Below the pieces are notes generated by a model. That model did not search any database, was not told the DNA's origin, and was given only the letters and a program-made list of their open reading frames with translations. Shown in pieces: positions 45,349-55,052 of a stretch of 64,000 nucleotides of DNA. The position numbers and the translations under genes are program-made. The DNA comes from Planctomycetota bacterium (lineage in GTDB: Bacteria; Planctomycetota; Phycisphaerae; SM23-33), in assembly GCA_009908915.1 (NCBI GenBank), contig JAAAOJ010000062.1, positions 5,594 through 69,593 of the forward strand, read 5' to 3'. Each line of letters begins with the position of its first letter. The first letter of the stretch is position 1.

Positions 45349-47492
45349 GGGGTCTCCAGGAATTGCGTACGGTGCAGGTGGGCGTAAAGTTCACAGCGTT
45401 CGAGCAGTGCCTTGTGCGGACCGGCGTCGACGATGCAACCGTCGTCCATGACGGCGATGGTGTCGGCCGAAGCGACCGTCCAGAATCGGTGGGCAATCAT
45501 GAAGGTCGTTCGGCCTTGCATGAACTCGTCCATGGCCTGATGGATGCGGCGTTCGCTGTCGGCGTCGACCTGGCTCGTGGCTTCGTCGAAGATCAGGATC
45601 GCCGGATCGCGCAGGATTGCGCGGGCGATAGCGATGCGCTGCCGCTGCCCGCCGGAGAGGGTCGCGCCGCGCTGGCCGACCATCGTATCGAAGCCGTCCG
45701 GCATGTCGTTGACGAATTCGTCGACGAACGCCTTGCGGGCCGCTTCCAGGACCTCCGCGCGGGAGGCCTTCCGCTGGCCGTAGGCGATGTTTTCGGCGAT
45801 CGTGGCATTGAAGATGATTGTCTCCTGCGTCACGATGGCGATCTGGCGCCGCAGCGACCGCAGCGAATGCATCATCACGTCCCGGTCGTCAAGTTCCATG
45901 CGTCCGCCGGTTGGCTCGAGCAGCCGCGGGATCAGCGAGACCAGCGTCGTCTTGCCCGAGCCGTTGGGCCCGACGATGGCCACGCTGCGGCCGGCCGGTA
46001 CGTCGAAGTCGATGTCGCGCAGCGAGTCTTCGTTGACGTTGGGATATCGGAAGCTGACGCCCACGAAGCGGAAGTTCTTGGCCAGACGCGGCAGCGATGG
46101 CGCACCCGGTGTGCGGTGTTCCTGTTCACGGTCGCGGAGTTCGAAGATTCGTGTGGCGGCGGCCTCGCCCCGCTGGAAGCGCGTGATGACCTTGCTGAGC
46201 TTGCGGACGGGGTCAAACATGGCCGCCAGCAGCACCATCCAGGCCAGGAACACGTCCGGATCCATCTCGCCGTAGAAGACTTCCTTGCCGGCCCAGCCCG
46301 CCGCCAGCAGGGCCGCCACGATGCCCAGGACTTCGATCGTCGGGCTGACGGCGGCATCGACGCGGGCGATGCGACGCTTCTGCTTGTAGAGCTGGCGATT
46401 GACGCGGTAGAAGCGCTTTCGCTCGGCGGCCTCCATCGTGTAGGCCTTGACGACCCGAATGCCCTGGAGCGTCTCTTCGAGCACCGCCAGCATGTCGGCC
46501 CAGCTTTCGAGCGCCCGCTTGGTCGACTTCTTGATGGCCTTGCCGAATATGCGAATGATCCAGTAGCAGATCGGACCGCCGACCAGGGCCACCAGCGTGA
46601 GCTTCCAGTCGAGCACGAGCGCACCGACAACGGAGGCGAGGCACTTGGCGGGCTCGACGAGCGTCTTGCCGAACAGCGTGGTCTGGGCGCGGGCCAGTTC
46701 GCCGGTGTCCTGCATGAAGCGGCTCATCGTATCGCTCGTGCCGGATTGGGCAAAGTACGTGATCGGCTGGCGAAGCGCGGTGTTGTAGCACTCGCGGCGG
46801 AGGTCCCAGATGCCCTTGAGTACGGCCGTCTCGACGAGGTACTCCTGCGCGAAGCGAAAGACGTTGCGCACGACGGTGGCCACCAGGGCGATGACCAGCA
46901 GCCAGACGAACATCGGGTATCGGTCTTCGCGGGTCGTCGGCTCGGGAATTGTCGTGACGACATCGCCAAGCAGTTCCGTGCCGAATTCCAGATTCCGCAG
47001 CTTGATCGGCCGGGCGCTTAAGGTGTCGGAACTCGGGTTCCATGCCAGCAGCGTCACACGCCGGTCTTCGCGATCCCACGTGGCCAGGCGTCGGGCCAGG
47101 ACATCGCCGCGGAGGAACTCCGACTGGTTGTCCACGCGCAGACCAACGAGCCATTCCCCGGCGACCAGGTCGCTTTCGGCTCCGCGGCCGTCCAAGTCAA
47201 GCGCTTCCAGGCCGAGGACGAGTGACGTCGGTTGCCCCTGGACCTGTGTCCCGGCCGGCGTGATGCGGACGGAGACCTTCCCGTCGATGCGGTCGCCCGT
47301 CATCGTGTTCCACGCCCAGCCGTGCAGGCCTTCGGTGCTCAGCAGGATCTTCGAACCCGGCAGCGCCAGGCCCAGACCGCCACCCCAGAGCACCGCGATG
47401 CCAAGGACCAGCGCGAACGAAAGGATCAGCCAGCCCCTGTAGGGACGCAGGTACCTCAGGGACCGCCTGAAATGTGGGAGCTTCTGGGCCAT
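45345..47492 (-). CDS. ABC exporter (fused TMD-NBD, MsbA-like) with a ~160-aa extracytoplasmic insertion between TM1 and TM2
   Basis: Walker A GPNGSGKT, ABC signature LSGGQRQR, Walker B ILIFDEATS, H-loop MIAHR. Six-TM core plus a large loop after TM1. Confidence 0.85.
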   Translation of the reverse strand: MAQKLPHFRRSLRYLRPYRGWLILSFALVLGIAVLWGGGLGLALPGSKILLSTEGLHGWAWNTMTGDRIDGKVSVRITPAGTQVQGQPTSLVLGLEALDLDGRGAESDLVAGEWLVGLRVDNQSEFLRGDVLARRLATWDREDRRVTLLAWNPSSDTLSARPIKLRNLEFGTELLGDVVTTIPEPTTREDRYPMFVWLLVIALVATVVRNVFRFAQEYLVETAVLKGIWDLRRECYNTALRQPITYFAQSGTSDTMSRFMQDTGELARAQTTLFGKTLVEPAKCLASVVGALVLDWKLTLVALVGGPICYWIIRIFGKAIKKSTKRALESWADMLAVLEETLQGIRVVKAYTMEAAERKRFYRVNRQLYKQKRRIARVDAAVSPTIEVLGIVAALLAAGWAGKEVFYGEMDPDVFLAWMVLLAAMFDPVRKLSKVITRFQRGEAAATRIFELRDREQEHRTPGAPSLPRLAKNFRFVGVSFRYPNVNEDSLRDIDFDVPAGRSVAIVGPNGSGKTTLVSLIPRLLEPTGGRMELDDRDVMMHSLRSLRRQIAIVTQETIIFNATIAENIAYGQRKASRAEVLEAARKAFVDEFVNDMPDGFDTMVGQRGATLSGGQRQRIAIARAILRDPAILIFDEATSQVDADSERRIHQAMDEFMQGRTTFMIAHRFWTVASADTIAVMDDGCIVDAGPHKALLERCELYAHLHRTQFLETP

Positions 47493-47624
47493 AGGTAAGA
47501 GGGCTCTTATACGTTCAAAGAGGCCGCGAGGTCAAGGTCTTGGCCGTCCGTTTGGAAATGGATCACGACGGGAAGCCGAGAGCAAGCGCCTTGCCGTAGC
47601 AGCGAGAGCTTCCTGGACGGGCGG

Positions 47625-48746
47625 CTAAACATTCAGCGTCGCGGCCGAGGCGCAGGTCAGAACGACGTTGTCCCAGACGGTCTTGGCGGCCACGTTCCGC
47701 CACAGCAGGCGTTCGTAGCGGCTGAGCTGCTGGAGAATTTCGGCGATCTGGTCGGGATCGTGACGAGCGGCGAGGTCGGCCACGGCGGCGGCCTGGTCGG
47801 CGTTGATGAGAACACGCTCGGCGCCGGTGGCGACGGTCATGGCATCGCGGTAGGCGGCCGCGATTAGCTGAAGCATCACCGCGGCGGCCCGGCGGGTGGC
47901 GAGGGTCTTGGCGAGGTCGGCCCCGGCGGATTTCTTGATGCGCTTAACCTCCGCCTCGGCGAGGGTGTCGCTGGTCGTGGCGAGGGACTCGCCGAGCGTG
48001 ACGTCCCCGGCCGGACCGAGCGCGGCCAGCCGGCCCAGTATGTCGCACTTGATGTCGTACAGGCCGGCCGCGGCGTGGTCGAGCGCCCCCCCGACGCTGC
48101 CGTCGGTGAAGGCGGCCCAGAAGGCGGCTTCGGTGGGCTGGACCTCGGCGGCGGCGAGTTTTTCAATCACGAAATCGTGCGGCAGGGCCCCGAAGCGGAT
48201 GAGCGCGCAGCGGCTTCGCGTCGTCGGCAGGAGCATATCGGCCTTGCCGCAGACGAGGATGATCGTGGTCTTTGGGGGCGGCTCTTCGAGGATCTTCAGC
48301 ATCGAGTTCTGGGCCTCGATCGTCAGCAGCTCGGTTTCCAGGACGATGAAGACCTTGCCCTGGCCCTGTGTGGAGGCCCGCCCGGCCGGGGCCAGAAGGA
48401 AGCTGCGAATCACCTCAATGCCGAGCGACTGCATCTTGCGGTTGCGGATGTCGGCGTTCTCGTGGTAGCGGGCGAGTTCTTTGTAGATCCGGTGGACGTC
48501 CGGGTGGTTACCGCCGGCGATCAGGCGGCAGCTCTGGCACGATCCGCAGGCCGTTCGCTGGCCGGCGAGGTCCGTCTGGGGGCTCTCGCACAGCAGCAAG
48601 GCCGCCAGGGCCAATGCGGTCGTCTCCCGGCCGACGCCGTCGGGCCCGGCGAACAGGAACGCATGCGGCATGCGGTCGGCAGCCAGGCAGGTCCGCAACC
48701 GCCCTGTCGCCTCCTGTTGACCGATGATGTCCTGCAAGTGAATCAT
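47625..48746 (-). CDS. holB: DNA polymerase III subunit delta prime
   Basis: AAA+ clamp-loader fold: HAFLFAGPDGVGRET, CxxCxxC zinc module (CGSCQSC), SRC motif (TRSRC). Confidence 0.85.
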   Translation of the reverse strand: MIHLQDIIGQQEATGRLRTCLAADRMPHAFLFAGPDGVGRETTALALAALLLCESPQTDLAGQRTACGSCQSCRLIAGGNHPDVHRIYKELARYHENADIRNRKMQSLGIEVIRSFLLAPAGRASTQGQGKVFIVLETELLTIEAQNSMLKILEEPPPKTTIILVCGKADMLLPTTRSRCALIRFGALPHDFVIEKLAAAEVQPTEAAFWAAFTDGSVGGALDHAAAGLYDIKCDILGRLAALGPAGDVTLGESLATTSDTLAEAEVKRIKKSAGADLAKTLATRRAAAVMLQLIAAAYRDAMTVATGAERVLINADQAAAVADLAARHDPDQIAEILQQLSRYERLLWRNVAAKTVWDNVVLTCASAATLNV

Positions 48747-49398
48747 GCGGACTCCGCTCCAAATGCTACCGATCTCACTTCGTCTGCATGCTCTCGAAGG
48801 CTTGTTCGAAGGTTCACGCCCATCGGAACGAGTGATACTTGCGTGCCTTCGCGTCTCGCGAATTTCATGGCAGGAATGAAGTCTGTGTCAGCAGTGACAA
48901 GGACAATTCTGTCGACAATTCGCTTTGAAGCCATCCATGCAACATCGAGTCCGATCTTCATGTCGACTCGTTTCTGAATCAGTTCGGGGGGCAAGATCGT
49001 CCATGTCCAGCGGGCGAGGTTCCGCGACGAGATTGTCAAGTGCCCTCGACGAGACGGCCCAACCTTTGAAGAGCAACTCTCCCTTTCGGTAGGCCACATT
49101 GTCCATCAAAGCAAGCTCGTCCTGAAACGCCTTCATTCGTCGTGCGGTGTCAGACTCACCAAGGTGTACATTATGCGCACGGTCGAGTGGATGGCGAACG
49201 CTCGATCCATAGGGGGGGACAATCATAGTCATAGATTCGAAAGAGTTCTTCTCTTGGCCCGACACACATAAGAGCGAACTGATATACCGCTCTGACAGAC
49301 GGATGTTTGTTCCCGAGCAGCCGATAAAGCCGTTTCAAGACAAAGCCCCCATCCAACAAGACGGCCACACTTTTGCTCACTACGAATCCTTCCTGCAT
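48743..49398 (-). pseudogene. NYN-domain (LabA-like) nuclease gene split into three frames; low-GC island
   Basis: Fragment 1 (49398 down to 49171): VAVLLDGGFVLKR. Fragment 2 (49265 down to 48888): RMKAFQDELALMDNVAYRKGELLFKGWAV. Fragment 3 (49099 down to 48743): IVLVTADTDFIPAMKFARREG. The frame changes coincide with a G7 tract at 49212-49218 and a G6 tract at 48977-48982. Confidence 0.6.
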
Positions 49399-49576
49399 TC
49401 ACAGGCTACAAAAATTGACCCTGCCACGCATTGGATAATAAGCGCATGACAGGGCCTTTTTTCTACATGCCGGCCTACCGGCGTTCGGATTCTGCTTACA
49501 GGAATACTACGACCTGTAGCACTCGAATGATCACTGTTATTTTTCGGACAATGAGGCATGTTCTCAACCCATAAAG

Positions 49577-50215
49577 CTATATTTTCTGGATGTGACTTTC
49601 CAAGGCTTTAACAATACGCTCATGGACCTGCTCCGGCGTGCCGGCAGCGTCGACCAGCGCCACCGGGGCCGGGTAGCAGCCCGGCAGGGCCTGGAAGTTC
49701 CGCCGCACCTGCTCGTGGTAATCGTCGGTGCGGCTTTCCATGCGGTCGCGCACCTTGCCGACGCGCGAGAGGCCCTCGCCACTGGGCAGGTCGAGTACGA
49801 GCGTCAGGTCCGGCCAGAGTTTCTCGATGGCCATGTCTGCCGCAACGATGATGGCCTGGGGCTCGATGCCGAGAGCGCCCTGGTAGGCGAGTGTCGCTGA
49901 GATGAAGCGATCGCACAGCACGACGCGGCCGCCTTCGCTGGCTGGCCGGATGACCTCGGCCACTAGTTGGGCGCGACTGGCCATGAACAGCATGGTCTCG
50001 CACATCGGGGCGAGGTCGAGGTCCTCGTGATGTAGGAGAATGTCGCGGATCTGCTGGCCGGCGGGCGTGCCGCCCGGGTCGACGGCTCGGGCGACGTCAA
50101 GCCCCGCCTGCTGCAGCGCCTCGGTCAGCAGGTCGAGTTGCGTGGTCTTGCCGGCTCCGTCCGGGCCGTCCATCACGAGGAAGCGGCCTTTGAGTTTCGA
50201 GAAGCTTTCGTCCAT
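49577..50215 (-). CDS. tmk: thymidylate kinase
   Basis: P-loop GPDGAGKTT, DRF motif (CDRF), and the lid region. Start MDESFSKLKGRF (CAT 50213-50215). Confidence 0.9.
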   Translation of the reverse strand: MDESFSKLKGRFLVMDGPDGAGKTTQLDLLTEALQQAGLDVARAVDPGGTPAGQQIRDILLHHEDLDLAPMCETMLFMASRAQLVAEVIRPASEGGRVVLCDRFISATLAYQGALGIEPQAIIVAADMAIEKLWPDLTLVLDLPSGEGLSRVGKVRDRMESRTDDYHEQVRRNFQALPGCYPAPVALVDAAGTPEQVHERIVKALESHIQKI

Positions 50216-50303
50216 GGTCCCGCTAGTATGGCCGCGGGAACCTGCCGAGGCAAGCCGGGATTTCACTGGCTCGGAAGCAAGGCCATGCCTACAGTAATCG
50301 GCC

Positions 50304-51863
50304 ATGACTTCTACAGCCGCATCAGGTCACGATGTTCAGCCGTCGCGCGAGGCCCGCACCCCGCGCTGGGCGTACGTGGTGGCGTTGCTGCTGGTCGCCT
50401 TTGGCATGGCGGCGCGGGTGCGTCACTATGCTCTCGATATGTCGTTCTGGTGGGACGAGGCGATGCTGGCCGATAACCTCGTTCGGCGTGACGCCGGCGA
50501 GATGCTCGAGCCACTGGATAACCGGCAGGCGGCCCCGGCGGGGTTTCTGCTGCTGACCAAGACGGTCGGCTCGACGTTCGGTTACGACGCGCGGACATTG
50601 CGGAGCGTTCCGTTTGCAGCCTCGCTGGCGGGCCTGCTACTGTTTGGACCATTGGCCTGGCGAGTACTCGGTTGGCGATGGGCGCTGCCGGCGTTGGCGC
50701 TGCTGGCGGTGAACATGCATCAGATCGGGCACGCCGCCGAACTCAAGCAATACAGCGGTGATTCAGCGCTGGCGATCGGGCTGCTTGTCATCGCCGCCGG
50801 GATTCACCGTCACGGATGGCATCCGCGGCTCGCGGTCGGGTTGGCGGGGCTTGGCGCGGCAGCGGTATGGTTCTCGCACCCGGCCGTGTTTGTCCTCGCC
50901 GCGATCGGCAGCGCATTGTTTCTCGTGACCCGCCATGAGCTGCCGCCTGGAAAACGTCGCGAGCATCTGCGGTGGCTGGCACTGATTTCAGTGGCGTGGT
51001 GCGTCAGCTTCGGCCTGCATTTCTGGTTTTTCGTCCGGCCGGTTGCCGCCAACAGCGACCTGCGGACGTGGTGGCACTTCGCGTTCTGGCCGATCGTACC
51101 ACGAAGCGGCCAACATCTGATGTGGTACCGCGATATCCCGATCCGGATGTTCCGCTACCCGGGCGGGATCAGCATGCTCGGCCTCGGTGCGTTGACATTC
51201 CTGGCCGGTTGTGTGGGTTTTTTCCGGCGCGACCGGGCGATGCTCGTGCTGCTGGCCGGACCGCTGGCGTTGGCGCTGCTGGCCTCGGCGCTGGGCCAGT
51301 ACCCCTTCTTCGAGCGTATGCTGATGTTTGCGACGGCACCGATGATCCTGCTCATCGTCGCCGGGGCACGACTGCTGGCACGCAGCACGCGGTCTCGGGT
51401 CGTCGCGGTGGGCGCGGTGCTCCTGTTGCTGGCCGGCCCCGCGTACCGGGCGGCCGAGGGGCTGGTCCTGCCGCAGGGCAAAGGCCGGGCCGACGTGATG
51501 CCCACACTCAAGCACATCGCGGCCAACTGGCAGACGGGAGACGCGCTCTACCCGCACTGGGGCCTGCACTTCACCGTGCAGTACTACGTTCGATACACCG
51601 GCATCCTGCCCGACGAGGCCAAACTGGTGCCGGAAGGCAGAACCGTCGTCACCATGCCGGGCTCCGACCCCGGCTGGACGGAGCAACTCACCGACATCCT
51701 GCCGACGCTGCGGGGCCGGTATGACCGGGTGTGGGTCATCTACGGCAACCTCGCCTCAGGCGAGCCCCATGCCGTTGCCGGTCTGCGCCTTATTGAAACG
51801 TTCTCGCACCGCCGCGGAGCTTGCGCGAAACTTTACGAGGTGCTCCAGGAACCGGCACGCTGA
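50304..51863 (+). CDS. GT39/ArnT-like membrane glycosyltransferase (second copy)
   Basis: Multi-TM protein with a YkcB/ArnT-like topology and a C-terminal soluble domain. Divergent from tmk. Confidence 0.55.
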   Translation: MTSTAASGHDVQPSREARTPRWAYVVALLLVAFGMAARVRHYALDMSFWWDEAMLADNLVRRDAGEMLEPLDNRQAAPAGFLLLTKTVGSTFGYDARTLRSVPFAASLAGLLLFGPLAWRVLGWRWALPALALLAVNMHQIGHAAELKQYSGDSALAIGLLVIAAGIHRHGWHPRLAVGLAGLGAAAVWFSHPAVFVLAAIGSALFLVTRHELPPGKRREHLRWLALISVAWCVSFGLHFWFFVRPVAANSDLRTWWHFAFWPIVPRSGQHLMWYRDIPIRMFRYPGGISMLGLGALTFLAGCVGFFRRDRAMLVLLAGPLALALLASALGQYPFFERMLMFATAPMILLIVAGARLLARSTRSRVVAVGAVLLLLAGPAYRAAEGLVLPQGKGRADVMPTLKHIAANWQTGDALYPHWGLHFTVQYYVRYTGILPDEAKLVPEGRTVVTMPGSDPGWTEQLTDILPTLRGRYDRVWVIYGNLASGEPHAVAGLRLIETFSHRRGACAKLYEVLQEPAR

Positions 51864-51931
51864 GCGGGCTCAGTGACGGTCGCGTTCTGCAGCGATGCCA
51901 GAGAGCCCCGGGCTAGAAAAGACCGAGGCCA

Positions 51932-54526
51932 TTACGTCTCGGTGGCGTCGTCGCCGGTCGTCTCGAGTTCAGGGGCTTCACCCGTTAGCGTCTGGGGCGT
52001 GTACTCGTCGCCGACGACCTCGCCGCCGACGGTCTTGACCGGCGAGACGGGGTTGGCAGCCTCGTGCTTTTCGAGGTCCGCTTCGAGCTTCTTCTTGAGT
52101 TCCTCGTCCAGCTTCGTCCAGGCGGCCCGGCCTCGGCATTTGGGATAGCGGGCACAACTGATCCAAGGGCCGCGCTTGCCGCGACGCAGGTTCATCGTCG
52201 CGTTTTCGCACTTGGGGCATTCCATCTCGATTTCCAGCGGCGGCGGTGAGGGGTGCTTGACATGGCCCTTGCGGTCGAGGTTCACCACGCCGTCACAATC
52301 CGGGTAGTTCGGGCAGCTCAGAAACGGGCCGAATCGCCCTTTTCGCTTCGTCATCGCTTCGCCGCACTTCGGGCAGGCAATATCGGTGCTCTCCTGGCCG
52401 ACGGGCTTGCCCTCCCGGTCGATCGGCAGGGCCGACTTGCAGTCCGGGTATCGCGTGCAGCTGAGGAACCGCCCGTTCTTGCCGAAGCGATACTCCATCG
52501 GGGCCTCGCACTCGGGGCACTTGTAGTCGCTCGGCTGGGTGTCCTGCTTGGCGTGGACCATCTCCTCGCGGGCCTTCTCCAGTTGGCTGACGAAGGGCCC
52601 GTAGAATTCGCGCAACACTTCGACCCAGTCGGCCAGGGCCTCCTCGACGCGGTCGAGTTCGTCTTCCATGTGGGCGGTAAACCGCACCTGGAAGATCTCG
52701 GGGAAGTGCTTGACCAGCTTGTCGGTGACCACCATGCCCAGGTCCGTCGGGCGGAAGCTGCGGCGTTCAAGCTCCACGTACTTGCGGTCCTGGATGGTTT
52801 GGATGATGGCGGCGTACGTGCTCGGCCGGCCGATGTTGTCGGCTTCCAGCGCCTTGACCAGCGAGGCCTCGGTGTAGCGAGGCGGCGGCTGGGTGAAATG
52901 CTGTGTCGGGTCGATTTCCACGGGGCCGACCGGCTCGCCTTCGGTAAACTCGGGCAGGATCTGCTCGCCGCTTTTCGGCATGCCGGTGACGCGCAGATGG
53001 CCGTCGAATTTCAGCGTGCGGCCCATGGCGCGGAAGCTGGCCTTGCCGACGGATGTATCCGCAACGATGTCGGCTTCGGTGACCGTCCAGACGGCGGGCA
53101 TCATCTGGCAGGCGACGAAGCGTGTCCAGATCAGCTCGTACAGCCGGAACTGCTCGTCGTTGAGGCAACTCTTGAGGTTCGTCGGATGGCGGCCACAGTC
53201 GGTCGGGCGAATGGCCTCGTGGGCTTCCTGCGCGCCGGAGCCGCTGCTGTAGCGGTTGGGGCTGTCGGGCAGATACGGCGGGCCGAACTGCTTGCCGATC
53301 ATGTCGCGGGCGACGTTGACCGCCTCGTTGCTGAGGTTGCGGCTGTCGGTACGCATGTAGGTGATCAGGCCGACCGTGCCCTCGCCCGGCACATCGATGC
53401 CTTCGTAAAGCTGCTGGGCGACGCGCATCGTCCGCCGGGCGGTGAACCGCAACTGGACGGCCGCCGACTGCTGCAGCGTGGCGGTCGTGAACGGCGCGTA
53501 GGGCTTGCTGCGCGTCTCGCGCTGCTTGAGCTGGTCGATGGTGTAGGTCGGGGCATCGCCTCCGATGCGACCGACGACCGTCGCCGTGTGCTGGGCCGGT
53601 CCTTTGGCGTCCGGGTGGTCTTCGCGCTGGATTTCGTCAACTTCCACGCCGAGAGCCCGGGCGACGTCGATCGCGCGGGCTTCGTCGTCGGCCTTGAACC
53701 GCTCGCCGTCAAGTTTGGCCAGCTCGGCCTGGAACGCGCCGTGCTTGGTCAGCCACTGCTGCCGGGCCTGCTTCGTCGGGCCCTTGCCGTCGGCGTCCTT
53801 CTGGGCGAGAAACGCCCGCCACTTCTCCGCAACGCCAGGTGCAGCGGCCGGGTCCGGCGTGAAGATCCCGCCGATCCGCCAGTACTCCTCCGGCATGAAC
53901 GCGTCGATCTCGCGCTCGCGGTCGACGATCAGTCGCACCGCCACCGACTGCACCCGCCCTGCCGACAGGCCGCCGGCAACCTTCTTCCACAGCAGCGGGC
54001 TGACTTGATAGCCGACGATGCGGTCCAGGATCCGCCGTGCCTGCTGCGCGTTGACCATGTTCATGTCGATGTCGCGCGGATGCTGGAACGCATCCCGGAT
54101 CGCGGTGCGGGTGATCTGGTTGAAGACCACGCGACGGGTCGTCTCGGGCTTCAGCCCCAGCGCCTCGGCGACGTGCCACGCAATCGCCTCGCCTTCGCGG
54201 TCCAGGTCGGTTGCGAGGTAGACCTTCGGGGCATTCCGGGCGATCTTGCGAAGCTCGGCGAGGACTTTTCGCCCTCGGCTCAGCGGCTGGTAGGTCGGCT
54301 CGAAATCATGGTCGAGGTCCACGCCCGGGACGGGTTGGTCCACGCCCTTGGGGTTGCGGGCAGGCAGGTCGCGGACGTGCCCCATGGAGGCCTTCACGAC
54401 GTAGCCCGGCCCGAGATACTTGTTGATGGTCTTGGCCTTGGCGGGCGATTCGACGACGACGAGACTCTTGCCCTTGCCGTTTCCGCCGACCTTAGCCTTG
54501 CTGGATGTGCTGGATGTCTTTGCCAT
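51932..54526 (-). CDS. topA: DNA topoisomerase I
   Basis: TOPRIM domain (LVVVESPAKAKTI), active-site Tyr region, and several C-terminal CxxC zinc ribbons. Confidence 0.95.
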   Translation of the reverse strand: MAKTSSTSSKAKVGGNGKGKSLVVVESPAKAKTINKYLGPGYVVKASMGHVRDLPARNPKGVDQPVPGVDLDHDFEPTYQPLSRGRKVLAELRKIARNAPKVYLATDLDREGEAIAWHVAEALGLKPETTRRVVFNQITRTAIRDAFQHPRDIDMNMVNAQQARRILDRIVGYQVSPLLWKKVAGGLSAGRVQSVAVRLIVDREREIDAFMPEEYWRIGGIFTPDPAAAPGVAEKWRAFLAQKDADGKGPTKQARQQWLTKHGAFQAELAKLDGERFKADDEARAIDVARALGVEVDEIQREDHPDAKGPAQHTATVVGRIGGDAPTYTIDQLKQRETRSKPYAPFTTATLQQSAAVQLRFTARRTMRVAQQLYEGIDVPGEGTVGLITYMRTDSRNLSNEAVNVARDMIGKQFGPPYLPDSPNRYSSGSGAQEAHEAIRPTDCGRHPTNLKSCLNDEQFRLYELIWTRFVACQMMPAVWTVTEADIVADTSVGKASFRAMGRTLKFDGHLRVTGMPKSGEQILPEFTEGEPVGPVEIDPTQHFTQPPPRYTEASLVKALEADNIGRPSTYAAIIQTIQDRKYVELERRSFRPTDLGMVVTDKLVKHFPEIFQVRFTAHMEDELDRVEEALADWVEVLREFYGPFVSQLEKAREEMVHAKQDTQPSDYKCPECEAPMEYRFGKNGRFLSCTRYPDCKSALPIDREGKPVGQESTDIACPKCGEAMTKRKGRFGPFLSCPNYPDCDGVVNLDRKGHVKHPSPPPLEIEMECPKCENATMNLRRGKRGPWISCARYPKCRGRAAWTKLDEELKKKLEADLEKHEAANPVSPVKTVGGEVVGDEYTPQTLTGEAPELETTGDDATET

Positions 54527-55052
54527 AGGTTTTGTGGCCTGCCATGCCCGATGCCGTCTGCTTCAACATAATAAGTAACGATCCGATTCATACGTCGGCA
54601 TCGGTGGGGGCAATATTTTTTGGCCAAACGGCAATCTGTCAAGAAGAAAGATTTTGGCCAGTGTCGGGCACCTGCCGCAAACTCGGGAAAACGCGCGTGT
54701 TATGGCTGGTTAGGCGACATCGACCTGGCAACCGAGGTGTTCGCCCTGCCACAACGTTCGGTTTCGCTATATGTAAGATCCTGTCGCACAGTATCTTATC
54801 GCGTTGCGACAAGGGTCGCTATATCGCTGTCCGTGCCCTGCACGTCCGCGCCGCTATCCCGGTTGGCATGCAAGGCCAAGTTGTGGTATGAGTCGTTTAT
54901 AGTAAAGGGTTTATGATGACACACGGAGACGCGAGCAGTGGCGAGCCACCTGAGGCCATGAAAAAAAGAGCAAAGAAATCTCGAAAATCGCGCCGGCAAG
55001 CTTGGCGGGTGACCCCAAACTTCCGCGCGCGATGCCCCGACGAGTCGGTACA

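Noticed and set aside
44075-47154. Long alternative-frame ORFs across the GT39 and ABC genes (473 aa minus, 552 aa plus, 313 aa minus)
   Set aside because: They overlap genes with strong Walker/ABC-signature or multi-TM support, and they are composition artefacts.
52253-54571. 772-aa plus-strand ORF
   Set aside because: It is antisense to topA, and its composition is a high-GC artefact.
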